A DNA stretch of 64,000 nucleotides from the NCBI GenBank assembly GCA_951406725.2, contig OX597821.1, forward strand, positions 80,600,001-80,664,000, read 5' to 3'. The notes below the pieces were generated by a model, which worked only from the letters and a program-made list of their open reading frames with translations, made no database searches and was not told the DNA's origin. Position numbers and translations under genes: made by a program. Shown piece by piece: positions 54,964-64,000 of this stretch (the stretch's first letter is position 1; each line of letters opens with the position of its first letter). The stretch is from Octopus vulgaris (Eukaryota).

Positions 54964-55178
54964 TAATCCAAACAAGAAAACACGGAAAAAAAGAGAAAAA
55001 ACACAGCAACGCGAGGACGTGGAACAATTAAAGTACTATTGACGCTCAGGAAAGAAGGGAAGGAGGGTTTAACGTTTCGAGCGGAGCTCTTCGTCGGAAA
55101 CAAGGAGAAGGAAAGAATCCAAGAAGGGAAGACAGAGGAAAAAATATTTTTGCTGGTGGTGCTCAAGAGATCACATTT
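54960..55178 (-). mobile_element. Penelope-like LTR fragment with minimal hammerhead motif
   Basis: Minus strand cCGACGA a gagc-tcc-gctc GAAA cgtta at 55070-55097, between (TA)n tracts. Related decayed copy at 63577-63690 (+). Confidence 0.55.
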
Positions 55179-55183
55179 ATACA

Positions 55184-55252
<69 letters not shown>

Positions 55253-55498
55253 ATTTAGGAATGGTCATTTTGCCAGTTTAGCCAATAAAAACACACGCAC
55301 TATATATTTGGTGTTACTTTGCTTCAGCGTTATTTATTTTTACATTAATCTTAATCTTATTTCGGCCAGAGTGACACAAAATATATAGTGCGTGTGTTTT
55401 TATTGGCTAAACTGGCTAAATGACCATTCCTAAATACATCAATATCTCTTTCAACGCACGATTTCACATCAAAAATCTTGCAAAACAAATATATAGAC

Positions 55499-55541
<43 letters not shown>

Positions 55542-55614
55542 TCATCATCATCATCATTGTTTAACGTCCGCTTTAAACGATGAGACAAACAGACAGACAA
55601 ACAGACAGACAAAC

Positions 55615-55685
<71 letters not shown>

Positions 55686-55731
55686 CACACACACACTCAC
55701 TCACACACACACACACTCACACACACACACA

Positions 55732-55770
<39 letters not shown>

Positions 55771-56420
55771 TCACTCACTCACTCACATTTCAGAACTTTG
55801 TTTCTCTGATGCCCAAGGTTTCTTGCTGACTAAGTAACTTGGACACCAGATAAGCAGCTAAAGTTCTTTGAAAAACAGAATGTTTATTCACCATGTATTG
55901 AAGACTCATTCTTCTCGCTCCTTACTTATATAAATATATGTTTGCAGTCCGCACATTTGTGCATATTTGCGAACGTATGTGTCTGCTCACGCCCATGCGT
56001 GCATGCGGAGTCAATTTACAGACAAAACATTCATTTTGGGTTACGTTCTAACACAATCCGTTACTTTTTGAAAATATTTTATCAAATTGATCTGATAACC
56101 CAAACATGCTGTGAGCTTGTTAAATGCGTGTATGTTATGTATGCATGTGTATATACGTGTTTCGTGCATTATTCTGTATGTAGTTATGCTCATTAGGTTG
56201 TTTTAGCCATTGCGGCCAAGGCTATGCTGGAGCGCTGTTTCCATGCGCACGCGTGCATGTGTATGCGTGCGCCCGTCAATGTTCGGTTTTTGCTGTGCGT
56301 TTATGCAGTTTGGTGTGTGCCAATATGTAGAGTGCGTTTGCAGTGTTGTAATACGTCCCCTGCCGCGCACTCAAATACATATGCACAGACATACGAAAAC
56401 TATGTATATGTGTACACATG

Positions 56421-56468
<48 letters not shown>

Positions 56469-56619
56469 TATTTATCTATCTATATAATAATGAAATTATT
56501 GTATACAGTGCTCAGGTGCACCACAACTATCTATCTATCTCTATCTCTGTCTTTCTCTCTCTCTCCTTCTCTCTCCCTCTCTCTCTCTCTCTCTTTATAT
56601 ATATATATATATATATATT

Positions 56620-56686
<67 letters not shown>

Positions 56687-56751
56687 GATACATACATGTA
56701 TACGTAACTACATATATACATACATACATAAATACATATACATACATGCAC

Positions 56752-56784
<33 letters not shown>

Positions 56785-57550
56785 CATACATACATGCATA
56801 CATACATACATACATAAATACATACATACATACATGCATGCATACATACATACATACATACATACATACATACATACATACATACATACATACATGCACA
56901 CATACATAAATACATTCATACATATGCACACATGTGTGAGTATGTGTGTGTGTGTATGTAAGTGAAAGAGGGGAATGGAGTATTTATGTTTGGAAGTACC
57001 AACAAAGCCTGGTTTTTCTCGGTTACAAGTGGGCAGGTTAACTAAATATCACAGTGGTTGCTAGAGGGATGATGATGATGATAATGATGATGTGGGGGTG
57101 GGGGAATAGAAAGGAGTAGCAGTAGTAGTATGAGATGACGCCTGGGGAGGGAGTCTCATCAGAAGAGGATATACAAAATTGGACTGATTGGAAGAGGGAT
57201 AGGTGTTGGCGTTGGAAAGAGACTGTTGATGCTGTGATTAATACTGTTGTTGTTGTTGTTGTTGTTGTTGCTACTGCTGCTGCTGTTGCTGGGATTAACT
57301 CTGACGAAGCAGACCTATGATCAAGAATGTTCCAGGAGTTATAACCATCTCGTTTTGTTTTCAATCATAGTCTATCTAGAAATACATTATCCGGTATGGC
57401 CTTCATTACTTTTATGAAGTTCTGATGTGAATTCAGGGTGATTTAGCTGGTATTTCTTGCAGGTCGAGTGGTGGTGGTGGTGGTGGTGGTGGTGGTGGTG
57501 ATGGTGGTGATGGTGGTGATGGTGGTGGCGACTGTGATGATGAAGATATT

Positions 57551-57797
57551 GGCGGCAGCGGTGATTCGGCGGCAATGGCGATGCGGTGGCAGCGGTGATG
57601 CACAATACGGGTGACACGGCGACAGCGGCGATGTGGCGGCAGCGGCGATGCAGCGATAGTGGCGAAGCGGCGGCAGCGGTGATGCAGCGCCAGCGGTGAT
57701 GCAGCGCCAGCGGTGATGCAGCGCCAGCGGTGATGCAGCGCCAGCGGTGATGCAGCGCGGTGATGCAGCGCCAGCGGCGATGCGGCGGCAGCGGTGA
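57551..57797. repeat. GC-rich 17-bp minisatellite
   Basis: About 14 units of consensus (g/a)gcg(g/c)cagcggtgatgc, with several identical units at 57674-57780. Confidence 0.9.
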
Positions 57798-58166
57798 GAG
57801 CGGGATTACGATTTAAAAAAAAAACGAATGAAGGTTGATGTGAGTTATGGAGGTAAAAAAAATTAAAGAATTAGTGAAGAGCATTCACCATTAACAACTT
57901 AAGTGTGTGCGTGTGTGTGTGAATGTGTGTGTGTGTATGCAGACATGTGTGCGTGTTTATGTTGCTTAGTCCCCGTTCAACCGTGATCAAGGAGCAGACA
58001 TATCATCCAAGGCATTCTAACCGTGGCCACCTTACTTTAATATTCAGTTTCGCAGACAAAATAATTCAAATGAAGTCCTTTAATGTAACTCGGCCTAATG
58101 ACGTTGTTTCCGGCTTAAAACGCGAAGGCGTAAAGTGTGCATACGCTCTGTTGTGCGTGCGTGCGT

Positions 58167-58202
<36 letters not shown>

Positions 58203-58430
58203 GTGTGTGTGCGTGCGGACGTTGCATATACATTGTATGTTTTATCTGTGTATGTGTGAGTGGACGTCAATGCGTTTGTTAAAGATCGAAAAAGGAACGG
58301 GGAAAAAGAAAAACAGAAACCAATGAACAAAAGATCTCCTTCTGGTGGGGCAGTGGATGTGGCGGGTGCGGAGGGTGAGTGAGATGGGTAGGGCTGGGTA
58401 ATTGGGGTGAGGAGTCGTTAAACGCTTTTC

Positions 58431-58492
<62 letters not shown>

Positions 58493-58805
58493 CATTTCTT
58501 TTTTGAATTTTCGAATAATCTAGCAAGATATTATGGGTGGTCTGTGACGATCTCTGGAGAAAATAAGCAAGCAAGAAAGGAAGAAAGGAAGAAAGAAATA
58601 AAGAAAAAGAGAGAGAGAGAGAAAAGGAAAACAAAAAGCAGACCTTTGATACATTATCAATGATTCAGCCAGCCGTAAGCGACACCTGTTTCCAACGGAT
58701 TGATCATTAATGTGTACCCCCATTAAAACAAGAAGCGCATCGTCGTCGTCGTCGTCATCATCATCATTATCATCATCATCATCATCGTCGTCGTCGTCGT
58801 CGTCG

Positions 58806-58840
<35 letters not shown>

Positions 58841-58944
58841 GTCGTCGTCGTCGTCGTCATCATCATCATCATCACCATCATAGTCGTTGCCTTCATCTCA
58901 TCATCACCACCACCGCTACCACAACTGCCCTATCCATCGAGAGG

Positions 58945-59170
58945 ACCTCCACGTTGTCGGTAGACCTGCTAGGTAGTAAAACGCAGCCAAAACCTTCGTT
59001 CAAATCTTACACTCGTTTCTTTAAAAAGAAAAATCGAATGCCATATCGGAAACATATATAATGCAAGTGACATGTGTCTGAAAATAAGCTGTGAAGGCCA
59101 TGGCTGGAACACCTTTTATCATATGTCTGCTCTGTCGTAGCAAACCTAGAACTTAATAACAACAACAACA
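58945..59170 (+). mobile_element. SINE-like family with (AAC)n tail (antisense copies near 45550, 49290, 57290, 57960)
   Basis: Recurrent gacctgctag..a.gcagccaa and ggctggaa..cctt..atcata.gtctgctc motifs. Confidence 0.55.
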
Positions 59171-59458
59171 GCAACAACCACAACAACTGCAACCACAACA
59201 GCAGTAGCAACAACAGTAGCAGCAACAACAGTAGTAGCAGCAGCAGCAGCAGCAGCATTAACGGCAACAGGCAAACAATTTGTAATGGCGGTTGTGGGAG
59301 AATGTTTATATGAAAGGTCACGAGACCTTTTCCAGACTAAAAATATGAACCGTTTACTTTTAAAGTGCAAAATACGAATCAAAAGAAGCTTTTTCATGGT
59401 CGTTTGACCTGCTAAAAATAGCAGTCAAGTTTGTTTTGATTTAGTATTTATTGGCTTT

Positions 59459-59763
59459 GTAGAGGCGCAATGGCCCAGTGGTTAGGGCAGCGGACTCGCG
59501 GTCGGAGGATCGCGGTTTCGATTCCCAGACCGGGCGTTGTGTCTGTTTATTGAGCGAAAACATCTAAAGCTCCATGAGGCTCCGGCAGGGGTGGTGGTGA
59601 TCCCTGTTGTACTCTTTCGCCCCAAATTTCTCTCACTTTTTCTTCCTGTTTCTTGAGTAACGCTGCGATGGATTGGCGTCCCGTCCAGCCGGGGGGAACA
59701 CATATGCCATAGAAACCGGGAAACCGGGCCCATGAGCCTGGCTAGGCTTGAAAAGGGCGCATA
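59459..59763 (+). mobile_element. SINE family 3 variant (head A + tail Y)
   Basis: The first ~190 bp match 22368-22560, then diverge into gcgatggattggcgtcccgtccag... Confidence 0.82.
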
Positions 59764-60079
59764 AAAAATTAGGGAAAAAAGTATTGGCTTAATGAGACGA
59801 TTTCCATTTCTATGATATAAACAGCTGTCTTTGCTAAACGTACATCCTGACAAGGATATGAAATGGTTTGCACTGCACATGTTTTCCATTTGAGAAAAGA
59901 ATTGTGAAATCATTAGATTGTCATTTCTCATCCCCTAGACACGAGTAGTTTTGTACTTTTGCATATACAGAGAAGTAAGTAAATTTGACACCTTTGTAAA
60001 TTTACGTGTGATATGTTATACCTTGATACCATATGGATTGGGTCCCTCTTTGACAGGTCCCTGATATTAAATATAGTAT

Positions 60080-60720
60080 GTGAAGGAGCATGGCTCGGTG
60101 GTTAGAGCGTCGAGGTTTACAATCGTGAGGCTGTGTATTCTTGAGCAAGACACTTTATTTCACATTGCTCCACTTCACTCAGCTGTAGAAATGAGTTGTG
60201 ACATCACTGGTGCCAAGCTGGATCGGTTTTTGCCTTTCCCTTGGACAACATCAATAGCGTGGAAAGAGGGGACTGGTATGCCTGGACGACTGCTGATCTT
60301 CCACAAACAACCTTGCAGGACTTGTGCCTCAGAGGGGAACATTCTTCTTAAAGACTCCGCCGGTTACGACGACGAGGGTCCCAGCTGATACGATCAACGG
60401 AACAGCTTGCTCGTGAAATTAACGTGCAAATGGCTGAGCATTCCACAGACACGTGTACCCTTAACGTAGTTCTCGGGGATAATCAGCGTGACACAGAGAG
60501 TGACAAGGCTGACCCTTTGAAATACAAGTACAACTCATTTTTGCCAGCTGAGTGGACTGGAGCAACGTGAAATAAAGTGTCTTGCTCAAGGACACAACGC
60601 GTCGCCGGGAATCGAACTCACAACCTTAAGATCATGAGCCGAATGCCCTAACCACTAAGCCACGCGCCCTCACATGGGGAACATTCTAGGTGCAACCCCA
60701 AGGTCATTCGTGACCGAAGT
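60080..60720 (+). mobile_element. CORE-like SINE (tail Z) hosting a nested antisense SINE
   Basis: ttcttgagcaagacactttatttcacattgctcc...actcagctg core. The host resumes after 60675. Confidence 0.75.
60346..60675 (-). mobile_element. CORE-like SINE (head B + tail X) with 12-bp TSD
   Basis: TSD ggggaacattct at 60334-60345 and 60676-60687, with tRNA boxes on the minus strand. Confidence 0.9.
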
Positions 60721-60924
60721 GGCGGGGGTTCTTTTCTCTTTAAGGACTTATAGTACGTGAATTAGTTCTTCGAGTTCTCTGGGATTAGTCAAGTCAGTAG
60801 ACACACACACATCTGATAAAAGCCCAATAAGGGCCGAAGATCGATTAAAGTTGTTCTTTTTTCTTTTTTTCTTTTTTTCAGCAACGGAGAAATAGGTCAA
60901 TTTGATTTGACTTGTTTACATGTA

Positions 60925-61140
60925 TTCTTTTCTACTCTAGACACAAGTCCCGAATTTTTTTTGGGGTGGGGGCAGTCGATTAGATCGACCCCAGTACGCA
61001 ACGGGTACTTAATTTATCGACCCCGAAAGGATGAAAGGCAAAGTCGACCTCAGCGGAATTTGAACTCAGAACGTAAAGACAGACAAAATACTGCTAAGCA
61101 TTTCGCCCGGCGTGTTAACGATTCTGCCAGCTCGCCGCCT
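60925..61140 (-). mobile_element. SINE family 2
   Basis: Full head-core-tail on the minus strand. Confidence 0.88.
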
Positions 61141-61231
61141 TTTTGTTTACATGTATTGATTGATTAACCACCAAGCAGTATTTATTCTGTTTCATTTGTA
61201 AATGCTATGTAATCTGAATCTTTTCCTGCAG

Positions 61232-61264
61232 CAACACTGGAGCCCCCATTCTATTGTAACAATG
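61232..61264 (+). other. Candidate 33-nt exon
   Basis: Acceptor tcttttcctgcag|, donor atg|gtaagt, length divisible by 3, two open phases (QHWSPHSIVTM or xTLEPPFYCNN), in apparently non-repetitive DNA. Confidence 0.3.
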
Positions 61265-61799
61265 GTAAGTAAATAGGATTTTTTCATTCTCTCTGTGGAC
61301 AGAAAAATGTGAATCTATATCAGCGTCTTTAAATCACGTTTGACCCTCATCACACACAGAATGCCATTTAATCTGCCCATGGGTATATAGATATTTACAT
61401 CCACACTTCACAACGCGTCACAACACTACAACCATAAGGCATTAGTGGAACAGATAGAGTCAACTGTTTGATTTGGAGGGGATCAAAGAGTGCCGTCTGT
61501 CAGCCTTATTAACTTATACTGCAAGTTTGGCAATATCTATCGCTTATCTTTCATTGGTTTCAGTCATTAGACTACGGCCATACTGGGGCACCGCCTTGAA
61601 GGGTTTTTTTTCTTTTTTTGAATCGAATAAATTGATTTCAGTACTTGTTTTTTTATAAGCTTGGTACTTATTTTATTGGTCTCTTTTGGCGAACCACTAA
61701 GTAACAGGAACGTAAACGCTCAAGCATCGATTGTCAAGCGATAGTGGAGAAAATACAGATGCAAACACACACACACACACACATATATGTGTGTGTATG

Positions 61800-61915
<116 letters not shown>

Positions 61916-61923
61916 TATATATA

Positions 61924-63320
61924 CAGGGTGTCCAAAAGTTTCGCCCAATTCTTATTTTGAAAACTTCAGTAGGTGTTTCAGTAATAATATTGGGTTGTCC
62001 CGAAAGTTCGTGCCGATTTTTAAAGGAAAGAAAAAGGTTAATAAATACTTGCCATTACATTTTCAATCAACCAAACATGAAGCATTTTGTTGCACAATGC
62101 GTCTCCATCTTTCCTTTAACTTGAAAATACCCTCTTCCCAGAATTGAGGTGGTTTCATGGCAAAGAATTCATCAACGTATCTTTTCACGTCATCCTAGGA
62201 ATTGAAATTTTTACCATTAAGACTATTTTGCATAGACTTGAATAAGTGGAAATCCGAAGGAGCAATATCTGGTGAATATGAAGGGTGGGGTAACACATCC
62301 CAGCCAAGCTGCAGCAATTTTTGTCTGGTTCCCAAAGAAACGTGCGGTCTTGCATTCTCATGTTGGAAAACAACACCTTTCCTGTTGGCCAATTCTGGAC
62401 GCTTCTCATGAATTGCTGCTTTTAACTCATCCAGTTGTGTGCAGTATTTCTCAGAATTAATTGTCTGGTTACTTGGGAGAAGCTCATAGTACAGCATTCC
62501 TTTCCAATCAAACCAGACGCAAAGCAAGTCTTTTTTAGGGTGAAGACCTGCTTCTGGGGTGGTTAAGGGTAGCTCATGTCGCTTACTCCAGGATCGCTTT
62601 CTCTGAACATTTCGGTAGATAATCCATTTCTCACCACCTGTCACAATTTGCTTTAAAAAAGGCACGTTTTCATTCCGTTTATAAAGCGAATCACAGATGG
62701 AAATGCGATCCAAAAGGTTCTTCTCATTTGACTCATGTGGTACCCAAACATCGTAGCGATTTGTGTACCCAAGCTTTATCAGGTGCTCATGAACGACGGA
62801 TTTTGATAGGTTGAGGCTTTCTGCCAGTTCTCGGGATGTGCAATGTGGGTTATTCTCAATTAAGGAATGATTTGGTCATCATCTGTAGTGGATGGTCTGC
62901 CTGATCGCTCTTTGTCAATAAGGCTACAATCTCCAGCCTGGAACCTTGCAAACCACTTCCGTACAGTTCTTTCGGATAAAGAAACATCACCGTAAACTGC
63001 GCATATTTCTTTGGTTGCTTGTGAGGCATTTTCCCGTTACGGAAAAAGAAAAGTATCAAGTGCTGAAAATGAACTTTCTTATCTTCCATTTTAAAGGGTT
63101 ACAGAATTAACACAGGTTATAGGAAGGTAAACCTTCTTCCACGAAAAGACAGCTTAAACTGTGGTCTAAATGGAGGTGTAGTCAAATCCTATTTTATGGA
63201 CTCAACCATGTTCTAAAATAAGTTGAAAGGTAAGCTACTATAAACCGACACGACAACCCAATACAATACAATACAATATACAATAAAATAAAAATCGGGC
63301 GAAACTTTCTGGACACCCTG
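61924..63320. mobile_element. Small Tc1/mariner MITE hosting a mariner insertion
   Basis: TIRs cagggtgtccaaaagtttcgcccaattcttatttt / aaaataaaaatcgggcgaaactttctggacaccctg. Only ~125 bp remains once the nested element is removed. Confidence 0.85.
61990..63261 (-). mobile_element. Full-length mariner element, inactive (same family as 38401-39681)
   Basis: ORF 62195-62713 (IVTGGEKW, HENARPH, YSPDIAPSDFHLF) and 62856-63089. TA TSDs, with one TIR partly deleted. Confidence 0.96.
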
Positions 63321-63359
63321 CATAATATGTGTGTGTGGGAGCGGGGGGGAGGGGCGCAC

Positions 63360-63425
<66 letters not shown>

Positions 63426-63701
63426 GTGATGGTCACCATTACTGTTTTTATTGCTATCTCCATTTCATTCAACCTCTTTTTTCCAGACATCTCACCATGT
63501 CGGACCGTTGAACTCTGCACAGTTTTTCTCTCACCATATTTTTTTTCATTCTCTCCATTTTTTCTTCTTAATTTTTCTGTCAAAGAACGTGGGCTCGAAA
63601 CGTAAAAGACTTTTCCCTTTTTTACCCGAGCGTTAAACTAATACACCTGCTTGTTGTTCCGTTCCTACACCTGTCTTCGTCTTTTGTTTCCGAAAATTTG
63701 A

Positions 63702-63704
<3 letters not shown>

Positions 63705-63768
<64 letters not shown>

Positions 63769-63905
63769 ATGACGGACCTCTTTCAGTTTCTGGGTACCAA
63801 ATCCACTCACAAGGCTTTGGTCGGCCTGAGGCTACAGTAGAAGACATTTACTTAAGGTTCCACGCAATGAGACTGAACCCAGAACCATGTAGTTGGGAAG
63901 CAAAC
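63705..63905 (-). mobile_element. SINE family 1, 5' half
   Basis: Reverse complement of the B box and gagtggatttggta...gaaactgaaaga. Confidence 0.75.
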
Positions 63906-64000
63906 TTCTGGACGTTCGTTAATTCTTTTCTTTCTTCTTTCTCCCCCCCCCCCCACACATCCCTTTAGTATCATTAGCCGAATAAAAGAAAATAACTAAA

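Noticed and set aside
57551-57797. Possible CRISPR-like array
   Set aside because: Contiguous tandem units without unique spacers, eukaryotic context, no cas genes.
59459-59535. tRNA gene-like sequences (also 22368, 60600)
   Set aside because: They continue into repeated SINE bodies and lack a complete cloverleaf and terminator, so they are SINE heads.

Overview
This is eukaryotic, AT-rich, microsatellite-saturated DNA. The SINE, LINE and microsatellite repertoire strongly resembles an octopus (coleoid cephalopod) genome; this is recognised by eye, not by a database search. No intact host protein-coding gene is visible, and most ORFs in the track are microsatellite translations. One 33-nt candidate exon (61232-61264) hints that the window may be a large intron. 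There is a 100-N scaffold gap at 11971-12070. Contents: (i) a ~14 kb pile-up (16.4-30.6 kb) of R4/Dong-type RLE non-LTR retrotransposon fragments from at least 4 subfamilies, embedded in (TAA)n tracts, together with an ORF-less ~560 bp TAA-associated retroposon and many tRNA/Nin-type SINEs whose orientation follows the microsatellite strand; (ii) DD34D mariner and DD37D maT relics; (iii) non-autonomous Helitrons and a Helentron; (iv) RTE, CR1, Tx1 and Penelope-like fragments, some with hammerhead-like cores and fold-back hairpins; (v) a 1.1 kb element with a 15-bp TSD inserted in the head of a SINE. The most interesting items are the TAA-targeted non-autonomous retroposon with its strand-polarity rule, and the 1.1 kb ORF1-only-like insertion.
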